The notes under the pieces are model-generated. The model made no database searches. It saw only the letters and a program-made list of their open reading frames with translations, and was not told where the DNA came from. Both the position numbers and the translations under genes were made by a program. DNA of 64,000 nucleotides from Eledone cirrhosa (taxonomy: Eukaryota), in the NCBI GenBank assembly GCA_964016885.1, contig OZ024740.1:48236001-48300000 (forward strand), read 5' to 3'. Below are positions 1 through 12,360 of the stretch, one piece after another; positions within the stretch are counted from its first letter, which is position 1; each line of letters starts with the position of its first letter.

Positions 1-137
1 ATAGGTATAACACAATACTAGTAGTGAGATATAACCTCTACCCCTTTGGTTGAGACGCCAACATTTCATTCACTTGATCTTTGTAACTGCATTTTAAATG
101 GTATTTGTAAAATTATTTCTCTTCACTTATATTTTAG

Positions 138-350
138 ATACCTGTATGTAAACAGCCGGCCTTGGCCTCAAAATTGTTGCATTGAAAATCCACTAACACC
201 TCCTCCCATTGCTCAGGAGATTGATATCCATGTGATAGACCTGGTCCACATGAAAGAAATGGGTACTATGCACAGATCCCATAAAGCATACACACCAAAT
301 GATGAGTGTTTCTTTATTTTTCTTGATGTCTGTGATGAATTTGTTGCGAG
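138..350 (+). CDS. FBXW5: F-box/WD repeat-containing protein 5, penultimate coding exon (earlier exons lie upstream of the window)
   Basis: Acceptor ttttag at 132-137 and donor AG|gtaagt at 350/351. Translation (R)YLYVNSRPWP...PPPIAQEIDIHVIDL...HKAYTPNDECFFIFLDVCDEFVA(S) closely matches the FBXW5 C-terminal WD region as recalled (YLYVNSRAWP...PPPIAEEID...AYTPNDECFFIFLDV). Confidence 0.93.
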
Positions 351-587
351 GTAAGTCAAGTATCAAATGTGAACTATTTTTAAGTTTTTGTTTTCCTGTA
401 ACAGAAACAGCTAGTTGAATTGCTACAGTGCCATATAATAACAAACTGGTTTGTGTTCCTATATCATATTAGCACATAATTCTCAATAATCAATACAAGC
501 ATGAATGATCATGTACAGCATATTGCTATTTATCTCGATTTTTCTCATATTTTATTTGTATTTTTTCTCATATTATCATGGATTGAA

Positions 588-756
588 TTTGTTTGTAAAG
601 GTATTTCATAGTCAGATATTTGTTTTGTAAAGGTATTTCATAGTCAGATATTTGTTTGTAGAGGTATTTCATAGTCAGATATTTGTTTGTAAAGGTATTT
701 CATAGTCAGATATTTGTTTGTAAAGGTATTTCATAGTCAGATATTTGTTTGTAAAG
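588..756. repeat. 31-bp minisatellite, about 5.4 copies (TTGTTTGTAAAGGTATTTCATAGTCAGATAT), in the FBXW5 intron
   Basis: GTATTTCAT recurs at 601, 633, 664, 695 and 726. Confidence 0.95.
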
Positions 757-829
757 TAGAAATGTTGTCTATATTCTAGTTGGATAGTCTGGGCAAAGTG
801 TAATAATGTCTTTCCTAAGTATCACTTCA

Positions 830-1990
830 TTACAGTGACTGTAGGCCACTGCAAAGAGTAAAGCAATTTAACCACTCAATAACATCTTTACAGTTATTAA
901 TTCCTTCATTAGAGATCATTTTTATAAATTGAGAAAGTCTTACAAATGGTCTACATTCAGATCATTGACAAATGTTATTAATCTTGACAACAGCAAATCT
1001 TTGACCATGTTTGATATAACTGCCTGCCTAAGTTACCTTTCTCTGAGTTCCACCTGACTCTCATCACTTAGATTTCCTCTCAGATTGCAACATGAACTGA
1101 TGAGATTCCCTACACATTCTCTCGATTATGATGAACTCCACACTTTTCTTTCTGTATATCAATGATCTGTTTGCTGTTACTTTTATCCATACATATTCTT
1201 ACGATGATAGTGTCATGACATCCATATACTACCTAGACATTTTTAGCCAAATTTACACAGCTTCCATGAATATAGGCCTTTAAAACATTCACTAGTAGGG
1301 ACAACTTATTCCCCTTCAAAAGCACAGACATAATTGCTACATGCACCCAAAAAAATGTTATACCTTCCCTGTACATGATCATATATCTAAGACCCTTAAA
1401 ACAATTACAAATGTTAGACATCATAATCTCGAGACAACCTCACTTAATGCCAAAACTGCATCCCAAAGATACTTCTTCAAGGCCAGAAAATATTTTATCC
1501 CCAAATCAGTTGCTGAAGTTATTCACATTAGAGTATTATTTATATATCAAGACAACCATTTTTTGCTACATATTTCTGAGACATAAACACCACCATATTG
1601 AAACATTTAACATCATTAAAAATTTATGTCTCATCATCTTTGATGCTCTTTCAAAGCATTTCCTCTATTTATTATCATTTCTTCCAAATCTTCATTCATT
1701 TATTTAACATTACCAAAACTACATTTCAAAGATTAGGTATCCTCTTTAGGGCTAGAAAGAATACTTTGACCTAGATCAATTGCTGATCCTCTGAAAGGTT
1801 CAAGTCAGAGCTACATTAGAGTAATGAACACATCTATATAACAACGCTATGTTCAATAGCCATATAACACACATGTTATATCAATTGTCTCCACCAAGTT
1901 TACAGTTAGTACTTCCTCTCTAGAACTTCAGCATTCCTACAGGCATCAATATATAGAAATTAACTACATCGACTATGTCAATCTGGGTGA
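830..1990 (+). mobile_element. Highly degenerate LINE (CR1/L2-group-like) reverse transcriptase relic
   Basis: Broken-frame RT motifs VINLDNSKS (cf. DISKAFD) near 975 and TLFFLYINDL...IHTYSYDD (cf. LFLLYINDL...YADD) at ~1140-1210. Boundaries are approximate. Confidence 0.6.
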
Positions 1991-2038
1991 GTCTGCAAAA
2001 ATCACTTTGGCTACATTTTCTTAAAAATGAATGAAATA

Positions 2039-2118
2039 GATATTAATCTGCTTATATAGTATTGATATATTTGTATTAGATATTAATCTGCATATATAGT
2101 ATTGATATATTTGTATTA
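2039..2118. repeat. 40-bp tandem duplication, 2 copies
   Basis: GATATTAATCTGC(T/A)TATATAGTATTGATATATTTGTATTA occurs twice in tandem. Confidence 0.9.
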
Positions 2119-2121
2119 CAC

Positions 2122-2370
2122 TGTGATAGGAAGAGCCATAGAAAGCTTGCCAAACAAAGGGTTGGGAGGACCCTCAGTTGTGTCAAAAACATGACAACCT
2201 CCCCTGTACACTTGGTAGAACATGAAACTGTATATAATCAAGACAAAAGATCCCTGGCTTGACTGGAAGACCAGTAGCCACCGCTTCAGCATTGACTTAG
2301 TCTATGTAGACCCGTCCAACCCCTGCTAGTAGGGAGAGTAGACATTAAAACGATGACGCTGATGATGATA
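2122..2370 (+). mobile_element. SINE-like interspersed repeat with an RTE-type 3' tail ending in (GAT)n
   Basis: Aligns by eye with copies at 13890-14166, 15745-16008 and 27645-27790 (shared AGCTTGCCAAACAAAGGGTTGGGAGGA...TGTCAAAGACATGAC). Tail ...TGCTAG...GACATTAAA..GATGATGAT. Confidence 0.75.
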
Positions 2371-2768
2371 AACTGTCATTTATATCTTTTCCATGATCAT
2401 AAGCAATGCAAGTGTAGTGAGCTTGATATATGCGGGAATTGAAACTGGATAGTGAACTTTGCTTGATGAGACCTCAATTTTTTTAATTATACTCAAGACC
2501 ACAATGATAGGTAGGAGGAAGGAAGTTAAAACAATTTATTGCTGTTATGAGTAACTTCCAACCATATAAACCATGTCAAAAATAAAATGTATGAACAAAT
2601 TATGGTCCCCCAACCCATTTAGGAATACAGTATTTCCCAATAAAGACTAGAACCATAACACCCTGCTTGATCCATGCTAGTATGGAAAACATATGTAAAA
2701 TGATGATAATCTAATAAATATTTTTGTTTGTCATATTTATTCAATTTCATTTTATTTTTTACTTTCAG

Positions 2769-3060
2769 TGGTGCTGAAGATAAATTTGGTTATTTATGGG
2801 ATAGGCATTATGGTGTCTGCCTCCAAAAGTTCCCACACAAAGATGTGGTTAACTCTGTTGCATTTCATCCTAAAAATCCTGAGATGTTAGTAACTGTTAG
2901 TGATGACTACACAGTAAAAATCTGGCGTTCTCGTCATCTGGAAAAGCTTTGTAAACAGGAAAGAGAAAAAATGGCTAGCAATAACAAGGACCAAATAACA
3001 CCAGAGCTTGAATGTAATTTAACAACACAGATTGAACAGTTAAATTCAGCACTGCAATGA
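2769..3060 (+). CDS. FBXW5: FBXW5 terminal coding exon
   Basis: Acceptor tttcag at 2763-2768. Phase-2 join AG+T=Ser gives FVASGAEDKFGYLWDRHYGVCL...HKDVVNSVAFHP...LVTVSDDYTVKIWRS, a WD40 repeat matching FBXW5. Stop TGA at 3058-3060. Confidence 0.93.
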
Positions 3061-4393
3061 CCCTGGTAGTCAAATTCATACACACACAGGCAGAAAGACT
3101 AACAGAATCAGAAAAGCTTAAAAGGTGTAAACAATTGCAATGGCATTCATTTATTTTAATCTCAGCTTGGCTGTATTTTTGCTGGTACAATAGTTTGTTT
3201 CAAACATTCCTGCTTTATTTTAAACCTAATATATCTCAAATATTAAAGAGCTACAAATTTCAATCCAATTTGTTCCACTGCAGAATATGAAAATCCAACA
3301 TATCTACATAATAATATGTTTAGGCAGATGCCTGATGTATATATATTATATATATATATATATATAATATGTGCATGTGTATGTATGTATATTATAGAAT
3401 AAAGCGACAGGAGGCCAGAAAGTTGAAATTCCTTTAAAGTTTTTATTCTGCAGGCACTATATATATATTTCAATGATCAGTAAGATTCCAGTGACATCAT
3501 CAGGTGCATTGCATAACAGCTATAAAAGGATCATGGTGAACACAGGTAGAGTTGCGTCACATTGAGTGCTTTTCATACTATTGCATCATGGTTAACTATA
3601 CAGAATGGAAAGTTCTATCCAGTGGTAAACTACCAACTTCAATGTGTATATATATATATATATAAATTAATCTGACACCTTGTAAATTGTCAGTGCATCA
3701 GAAATCTGCTTTCCTACTATGGAGTAAAGAATTTTCTCTTTTACCCACATTTCAGTGTGAGCATTTTGTTTAACATAATGAATTTTATAACAAAACATAA
3801 CTATCATAAAACTTTTTAAAAATTTTTTTATATTCTGAAAATCCTGAAAAAGATTTTTCTTCTGTATAGCTGTGTCAAACCAGAGAAACAATATTACTAA
3901 TTGGTCATCGTTTAAATACATTTGTAACTTTTCATAAATTTATAATTTTATTACTATTATTATTGTTAGAAAGCTTTGCATTTCATCTATGTGAGAGATC
4001 GATAAAATCAGTATGGATCATATACTGCAATGATTGGTAATTGACTATACCTATCTCTCCTATAGTTTGTGGTCTTGTGCCAATGTTATAATTCAGTATT
4101 ATTCTAGTAGAGAGGCCTATTGCTTATATCAATATTTTTATTGCTATTTTCAATTTCCCTCAAAGGGAAGAGATAATATTATGACTATTGTTAAAACCTT
4201 AGCTCTTGTAATGAGATAATCTAATGTTTTGATATCAATGCACTATAAGGTTTTTTAACTTCACTTTTTCTCTATGGAGGAAAGTGTTTTATATACTAAC
4301 AAATTAATTAAATTTTCTACATTTGTAATGTTGATTAGCAAAATCGGTAGAATGACATGAAATACTTTGTGGTATTTTATTGTTTCTTTACAT

Positions 4394-4535
4394 TGAGAGT
4401 TCAATCCTACCATGGTCAGCTATGCCTTTTATTCTTTTGAATCGATAAAATAAATACTAGTCAAGTACTGGGGGCAAATTAACCAAGCATAATCCTCCCT
4501 ACCAAAATGTATTACCTTGTGCATACATTAGAAAT
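4394..4535 (+). mobile_element. tRNA-derived SINE fragment
   Basis: B-box-like GAGTTCAATCC and core GATAAAATAAATACTAGTCAAGTACTGGGG, shared with copies at 20268 and 28675. Confidence 0.6.
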
Positions 4536-6130
4536 AATTGGTAATGTGGTGAAAACTTTAATGGGCTTTTATATTCAATATACAATTTTATACGAAAATA
4601 ACAAAGACACAGAAGATATTAAGCTGCTATAGTCTGTGTAATAATTATCAGAATAAACTAATTTATCTCCTATTTTTACCCAATATGAGTAAGTATAACA
4701 ATGTAATACAACAGTTATTTCTATCTTCAATACAACATCTGGTTGTGTCCTATGCATTGTTAATTTCTGTTTTGTAATTTTTTAATTAATAATTATTTAA
4801 GGTGCTCTTCTTATTATCATTGAATAATTACAGTGAACTAAAACTTTCTTCACAGAAACATGTTTTGACTCACAGACTACATGATGAATCAGTCATTCAA
4901 GACATTCTAATCTTTGAAACATTTCATTTCGTTCTTATACCATTTCTTTTCTGTTTCTTTCCTTTGAAAAGAATTTTGTACCATCACCAATAACAACAAC
5001 AGCAACAGCAGCAAAAATAATTGAATTCAAATTACTATGACAAACTTTTTACAAACTCAGGATCTTGCATAAACATTTTCAAAATAACCATGGGAGAATG
5101 TTCATTTGTATACGTTTTACTGCAGATTATAGTTGTATGGGTATGGTTTAAATGAATGATCACATGAATTGCATTGTCTGAATGTTATGAAGGGAAAGAG
5201 AAACTTTACCCTTGCTTATGAAATTTTATTTGTTCAAATATTTGCTGTCAGCTTGTAAAAAGGATACTGCACTGCAGTAAGAAGAAAGTAAAGACATCCG
5301 TTTTTTTCTTTTAATCATATTTCTTTTGTTTTGTTTTTTCCTTTTTCCCCCCTGACTCTAGGATTTTATTTTTACTATTTTCTTCTGACTAGCTTTATGA
5401 TTTTCTCTCTATATATATGTAGAGGATATTTTGTATTCTTTTGATGAAAAGAATAATGCCATGATTGAGTTAACAATGTTTATTTTACAATAACAATATT
5501 CGATTTGCGCATCAAGCAATATTATTTATGACATAAACCGTCGCTACATTAAATTGTCAGCTACTACAAGCTAACGTGAATGCATGTATCAGAGAAGACG
5601 ATATAGTATAAGTTGTGTTGTGTCTTGCAGATACAATATGACAGGAAGAATAGGATGAGAGTATAATGCAAACAATATGAACTTACTATGTGTGTGTGTG
5701 CTTATTCTTAGAATATATTATTATCATAGTAGTAGTGGTCAATCTGTCAGGCAGGCATGGCTGGCTGTGTCGGTGGCCAAGAAGGTAGAAGCCAGTAAGG
5801 GCCAGGAGAAAGATAGGATGAAAGTTCTGCTAATGCCTACATAGCTTATCGCTTGCTAACTGCCACTTCGAGTCTGTCTTTGGGTTCCTTAACTCCTTGT
5901 ATTTATAATAAGTGCTAAAGTTAGAAGGATGAATATATGAGGTTGATTTATGATCAGCCATGTGGTTATTGTCTCCCAAGAAGCTGGGGTCACAGGTCAA
6001 GTTGAATGTACATTTAACATCGCTGTCTTGACAAGACAATGGTGATAACCTCCAATGATAGATAGTTCCAGAGAAGAGAAAGCTCAGATTCAGTTTCGAA
6101 TTTTCGCCGGTAAAACATAGGAGTATTCCG

Positions 6131-6131
<1 letters not shown>

Positions 6132-6178
<47 letters not shown>
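6132..6178. repeat. (TA)n(TG)n microsatellite
   Basis: Read directly from the sequence. Confidence 0.95.
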
Positions 6179-6544
6179 CTTCAGATTAACATGGAAATAG
6201 TATAAATTTGGGACAATTTTCTGCTGCGTTTCGATTAAGGTGTTTTTTGTCATAGCATCAGCACTGGGGGAGAGCTAGCAACATGGAATAGGGGTATATG
6301 TGTGTATATGTCCATATGTGAGACCCTACTTTGTTGGATCAGATGCCATACAGAAAGTTCACAAAGTTGAATAAGTTTGTTTACTATGAAGAAAAGAAGT
6401 TTTTATTTTTATATTTACTATTTGCTGATGCAGACTATCTCTAGTTTCCTCAGATTCTACTTCTTCAATTTGATAAATGCCATATAACTGTATCTTTTAT
6501 TTATCTATTTTGTAATGACTTGGTTTGGAGGAAGTACCCATGAC

Positions 6545-8140
6545 CCTCATAGTCTCTCAAAGATCAGTGAAATCAAAGTGGTTGATATTCTGCAAGTTGA
6601 CAACTGCATGAAAAAGATGGGCTGGGAGGAAATTTCCAGTAGCTGATGTTCTGAGGAAGAAAGACTTTGGAATCTAGTGGGGGGGAAGGTGGTGGAACCA
6701 GTGAGTAGGAGGCATGAATGGAGGCGGAACAAGAGCAGGTTATTATAGTTACAGTAGAAGAGGCAAAGTAAGGAGTCAACACATCTATAAGCCAGAAGTT
6801 GGAGTATGTTGGTGAACAATTTCATACAAATCAGTCAGGTGGGATGTGATCAAGGATCATCATCATCATTTTACGTCCGATTTTTCCCTGCTTGCCAGGG
6901 TGGGGCAGGTCCTATTCAGCACAGCATCTCTCCACTTGTCGTGGTCCTTCGTCATCTCCTCCGTGAGCTTCAGCAATCTGAGGTCTGCTCTCACCACCTC
7001 CGCCCATGTTTATGTGAAGTAGTAGCAGCACTGTATCAGATGTGGGAATAGTACTCCTTTGTGATTATCACTTCAGCTTTATAAATGGTTTGGGAGCAAA
7101 AAGTATTTTCTGGTCATGAAGAAGGTGGCTAGTATTTTATATGTTGGGGATGTGAGATCACCAATAATGAAATCTTATGTTTGAAGCAATTTTGAGGGTT
7201 CTAGTTGTGTATTGTTTATGTTTAGAGATAACTAGAATGTTTCTTGATGTATAGTGATTGTGTCTGTGCTGTTGAAGGAGACCATATTGACCTGACTCCG
7301 TTGGAGAATATTATTGAAATCTCTGTTCATGAAACAATGTAGCTTTGGTAAGGAGTGCTTACATTTTACGTGTACGACAGTGGGTGCAGAAGGTTATGGA
7401 GAAGTGATGATAACATTTGTTGGAGGTGGCAGCAAATAGGTTTTTGATATATAGAAAGAAGAGTAGAGAGAAAAACTCAACCTTGGAGAAAAGTTGGGTT
7501 AAGTCATAGAGAGTGATTGCATTATCTGACAGGAAGCCTCTGATCTGAGAGACAAATAGAGTCTATAGGTAGGTGAGGAGATTCATATGATATACATAGT
7601 CGAATGCTTTGCTGATGCCAAATGCAATAACATTGTCTACACAAAATTTCTTTGGCAGAGAGTGGCTGTGAGTAATATAGGTGAGCAAGTCTCTATTAAA
7701 TCAGGGAAGAGGGGTGATATAGGAGAGCAAGTCTCTATTAAATCTAGCTTTATAGAAGCTGTGGTGGTAATTGAGTGGGGAGAGATGTTTAAGAGGTTGG
7801 AAAATATGGTCATTGATGTGGAATGTGGGATTAGAATAATTTTATTTCTTGGGAATAGTACCATACCATTGTGTGTTTCCAAAGATTGGGATAAATCTCT
7901 GTAAAGAGATTGAAGAGTTGGTGAAAATAGAAGCTATCTTTCGAGTATACTGTCTGAGGAAGATATATAGTTAGGGCTGTAGGCCTTTTTGGTTTGAAGC
8001 AACTGGTGGCTGGAAAGAGGATTCCACAAAGTTAGTAGAAATACATTTGGCAAGGGATCAATGAGGATCAAATTAGCTGCAGGGTGGGTAAAAGCTCTCC
8101 TGTTTGTAGGGGTGGGCATTTTAATTTTTTTCTAACCAAA
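6545..8140 (-). mobile_element. Degenerate LINE ORF2 relic (RT to C-terminus), interrupted by younger insertions; a further piece probably lies at ~9530-9830
   Basis: The minus strand reads VIAFGISKAFDYVYH...IRGFLSD near 7530-7635 (RT motif DISKAFD.V.H) and LQLLAYRCVDSLLCLFY near 6760-6810 (C-terminal LINE motif), with many stops and frameshifts. Confidence 0.6.
6857..7010 (-). mobile_element. RTE-type LINE 3' end fragment with (GAT)n tail
   Basis: Homologous to 19200-19330 and 24030-24160 (W.EVVRADL..L.LTEEMTKD.DKWRDAVL motif). The tail reads catcatcatcattttacgtcc on the + strand. Confidence 0.7.
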
Positions 8141-8291
8141 TTCTTTAACTAACTGCTACAGTGCAGTATTGAGTAAACCATTCAATGGACTTCATCATCA
8201 TCATCATCATTTTACGTCCGCTTTTCCCTGCTTGCAAGGGTGGCTTGTTATAAGTATTAGAAGTGGAGGGAAGCATAGTACATACATGTGT
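7938..8291. repeat. 354-bp segment, copy 1 of a near-identical direct repeat
   Basis: Matches 10911-11264 at a constant offset of 2973, with one mismatch seen near the left end. The ORF track also reports the same peptide twice. Confidence 0.95.
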
Positions 8292-8408
8292 TGTGACCAA
8301 AGACGATGGCGTAAGAGAGAAGTGAAGTGAGATATATGACCTCAATGCAGGAAGAGAGAGTAAAAGATTTCTTGGTAAGAAAAGGAGTTTGAGTGGTAGC
8401 TGTATTTA

Positions 8409-9530
8409 GAGGAACAGTGTGGTTTTTGCCCTGGACACAGCACAGCCAACCAAATATTCACACTGCGGCAGGTATTCAAGAAATCGTGGGAGTATTACCA
8501 AGAAGAATATTCTTGTTTTGTCGCCCTTGAGAAGGCATATGACTGCATTCCTCTGGACCTGCTGTGCAGGAGTATGGGATTGATGGTCAGCTTCTTGTTG
8601 CCCTGATGTCTCTATATGAATGCTCAAGTATCTGTGTTTGGATAAATGGTGCTAAATCAAAACCATTTAATGTGGGAGTCGAACTCTGCCAAGGGTGTGT
8701 ACTGTCACCACTCTTGTTCATTATTTACAGGATTGACATGCGCAGCCAGGTTAGAAGTGCTATTATGATTGACGGGTGTAAAATCAGTCGGCTGGAATTT
8801 GCAGATGACATGATGTCACTCAACTCAACAGAAAATGATCTTCGACTTGCACTTGATAGGTTTGCTGCCGAGTACTGCTTGGCTGGAATGAAAATCAGTG
8901 CTGCGAAAACTGTAACACTCGTCCTCTCAAGGAAGCATGTGCAGTGCACTCTACATGTGAATGGAGTTCCACTGAAGCAGGTAGAGAAGTTCAAGTATCT
9001 TGGGGCCATGTTCATGAGTGATGGAAGGCAGGAGGCTGAATTAAGTGCAAGAATTGCAAAAGCTTCGGCATTCAGTAATCAGAAGAAGGGAAGTAGGCGT
9101 AAAAACAAAACTTGCTGTCTTCAATTCGGTTTTAATGCCAACCCTTACCTATGGTCATGAATCTTGGGTAATGATGGAAAGAATATGATCATGAATACAA
9201 GTTGCTGAAATGGGATTCCTTTTGGAGTAACGTTACTCGATAAAGTACGTAGCTCTGAGATTTAGAGTCGTTCCAGGTAGAGCCGCTATTTCTCTGAATT
9301 GAGAGATCACAGTTCCGATACTATGGGCATGGTTAGAATGTTTCAGGACAGATTTTGTGGGCAAAACCAACAGGTAGTAGACCCCAGGCAAGATGGTTGG
9401 ATAACATCCATGAGCTAGGCTGGTCATACTTGGGGATCCAGCTGTATCAGTTGGAGACGATTTCTTCTGATAGGACCCGCTGGAGGGAGTGTTTGAGGAT
9501 TCTGTCCCTCAACCACTCTCTAGAAGAAGA
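8409..9530 (+). mobile_element. RTE-clade non-LTR retrotransposon, 5'-truncated and disrupted (RT domain to 3' end)
   Basis: EEQCGFCPGHSTANQIFTLRQVFKKSWEY, LEKAYD, ELCQGCVLSPLLF, LEFADD, LKQVEKFKYLG and RPQARWLDNI...DRTRWR are RTE ORF motifs. Frameshifts and stops are present. Confidence 0.9.
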
Positions 9531-10406
9531 GAAAGGGAGATTGAGCAAGAGTAACTGGAAGTTTTCATTGTTAATATCTGAGTGAAAACTAGATATGCAC
9601 AGGCACCACATTTTATGATGAAATTTTAATAGAGAGTGTAACCTGGATAGCATAGATGGGGGTGAGAGATTTGTGTCTCAGAAGGGAACAGCATATGTAG
9701 TTTACATGCTTGTTGAAGGTGATGTGTGGGATTTAGGTTGGATTAGAGTCAATAGATATTTGAGAGTTGTCCAACAGATTTAGTGTTATTTTTCAGCAGA
9801 GATATTTAGTGAAGCATGTCATGAGCTCATTATAACTCCTTATTAGGAACTTGGTCTAAATGCTTGCAACAGAATGAACTCAATGAACTCTACTAAAGGC
9901 ATCCATGGGACGGGAGGTGGTATTAAATTGGGTGACATGATGGGTCTTCTCCCTACACCCAGCCACAGCAATAGATTGGAGAACCCCTATGTAGTTGTCA
10001 ACTTGCTAGAGGCAACATGAATTTTTATCTTTCAAGTGCTTATAAAGTAATACCAGTAACATACTGGAATCAATTCAATGAATTGTATTCCTTCCCAGCA
10101 AAAATTACCTTGTACCTATTCCAAAGAAGCTTACATTATAGTTAGTACTTATTAAAAAGTTTTCTAAAACACAATTTGAAACATTTTTTTCAATACGTAA
10201 CATTTATTTGAAATATTCAACAATGGTAAATTATTGAATTCAGGTTTATTTTATTCAATTATTTACTGAAATATATTATTAACAAGTGATTAAAATAATA
10301 ATTCCTAAAATCTGATAGAAGTTATATTTCTATACTGACAAGATATTCTCAGAATATAATAAAAAAAAAAAAAAAAAAAAAAAAAAAATAAGCCCATTGC
10401 CCTGGA

Positions 10407-10547
10407 CTAAATCCCTTTTCTATATGGAAAATATATTCTAGATCTTGAGCTCAAAGCGCTATTTGTTGACTGCGGCCTTTTAATTATTTCAGACATTAAG
10501 TAATTGGTACAGTGAATATGCCCCGTGTCATCTTTGAAGAGTGAAGC
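10407..10547 (-). CDS. CFAP157: CFAP157 probable terminal coding exon
   Basis: Strong acceptor atttttcag (AG at 10549-10548) in phase 0, compatible with the donor after 15113. Reads ASLFKDDTGHIHC...YRKGI-stop. Conservation is weak, so the call rests on splice signals and phase. Confidence 0.6.
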   Translation of the reverse strand, partial: ASLFKDDTGHIHCTNYLMSEIIKRPQSTNSALSSRSRIYFPYRKGI

Positions 10548-10910
10548 CTGAAAAATATTACATTTAAATAGAAAAGTAACGTTTTCCTCCAAATCTTAGC
10601 TGTTTTTAGATGTATTAAACTTCTCGTTTTTGTAAGGGCATTTTACATTACTGCTACCAAATAATGGCAAAAGATAGCACAGAGCTTTTTAAAATACTTT
10701 CTAACAAAAGATATTCATAAAATAAACTTAACTCTTGTAAAATCATTTAAAACTAAACATTGAAGCAAAACATTTTCACATGGGTCACATAAATAAAGCA
10801 TGACAAATGATAAAGAATTTTTCTAAATATTGCCATGTATATAACACTTATTGATATAATTAGTTTAGTAAATCAAGATCCTGATTTTTAGATAAACTTA
10901 ATATTAGATA

Positions 10911-11264
10911 CTTTCGTGTATACTGTCTGAGGAAGATATATAGTTAGGGCTGTAGGCCTTTTTGGTTTGAAGCAACTGGTGGCTGGAAAGAGGATTCCAC
11001 AAAGTTAGTAGAAATACATTTGGCAAGGGATCAATGAGGATCAAATTAGCTGCAGGGTGGGTAAAAGCTCTCCTGTTTGTAGGGGTGGGCATTTTAATTT
11101 TTTTCTAACCAAATTCTTTAACTAACTGCTACAGTGCAGTATTGAGTAAACCATTCAATGGACTTCATCATCATCATCATCATTTTACGTCCGCTTTTCC
11201 CTGCTTGCAAGGGTGGCTTGTTATAAGTATTAGAAGTGGAGGGAAGCATAGTACATACATGTGT
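10911..11264. repeat. 354-bp segment, copy 2 of the direct repeat (inside the probable last CFAP157 intron)
   Basis: Near-identical to 7938-8291. Confidence 0.95.
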
Positions 11265-12141
11265 CAAAATTGATGTGTTCAGGTAATTGCATAAAAATTA
11301 TAAGATACAATACTAAATCCTGCACTCATTATTGAAATTTTGAGTTTCATTTATAATTTTTATTTAAATCTGTGTTGTATGTAATAATTCTAGAATGACA
11401 TGGTTAATATCAGTTATAACTATAAACTAAACCTAAACGTGTTGGAAATTATATTACATCCCTAATAAATGAATATTAGATGAAGTCTAATAAGTTATAC
11501 CTAATCTCACAATGTGAGTGGATGTGTGAATGTTTTTATATCTATCTATCTAAATATCATCATCATCATTTAACAACTTTCCTGGTATGTATGTGTGAAA
11601 TGCTTGTTTGATATATAATCTCTTTAAAAGAGTTGTTATTTAAATATGAGACAGTAATGTAAAGAGCCATCTCTCTCTCTCTCAGTGAGTTCACAAAGTG
11701 CTGATGAAACAATTGAGGGCCTATGATGTGGATGCTTCTTTCTTGCCCCCCTCCCACTCAATGTAACCAATTCCAAGAGAAATGGAAAAGAAATAACTGA
11801 AAAGAAATTGATTGATCCAGAATGGATTAAACGCCAAGTTGACTTTAGATTTCAACTCAGTGGTGCAGAGATCTGAAACAAACACTACAAGGCATTCTAC
11901 ATAATGCTCCAACAAGCTCCAACAAGTCTGCCAATTTACCACCTTAAAGATCATTAATAGATGAACCTTACAAGTCATGCTGCTTATGACTGTTTCTATG
12001 AGAATACAAGAATTAGAACACTTATTAATTTTCTCAACTCATATATAGAGCATTCACCATTTGCTAACTTGTGATAACTCTTTCTCAATCTTCCTCATTT
12101 TCAAATGAACAAGCAAGAGCTCAAAATGTTGGCTTCATTAA

Positions 12142-12360
12142 CACTTTAGCATTTAAACCAGCATATCCAGCCATAATTCTCTCACCCCTTTCTGTTTAAA
12201 CTGGTCGTAACTGGCCGCTCATACTGACGTTAAAGTATTGTTCTCAAAATAAATAACATCAAAATCTTGTAGATTCAATATTATTGAGATAATTATGTAT
12301 GATAAAGCCTTTACCACAAAAATACAATAGTATATATAGAGTAATGTAAATGTTAAAGGG
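12142..12360 (+). mobile_element. MITE with piggyBac-like ends (TIR ~CCCTTTAGCATTTA, TTAA flank)
   Basis: TTAA|CACTTTAGCATTTA ... TAAATGTTAAAGGG|TAAA. A second copy in opposite orientation lies at 28047-28245. Confidence 0.65.

Noticed and set aside
10361-10388. Poly(A) run as a retrocopy tail or polyadenylation mark
   Set aside because: It is A on the + strand (U in the CFAP157 transcript), with no associated element or target duplication. Treated as a simple homopolymer.
11721-11800. Possible extra CFAP157 exon behind the acceptor-like tttcttttcag on the minus strand
   Set aside because: The phase-0 reading needed after the 15113 donor stops within 13 codons, and no frame shows recognisable similarity. 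The 10407-10547 exon fits better.
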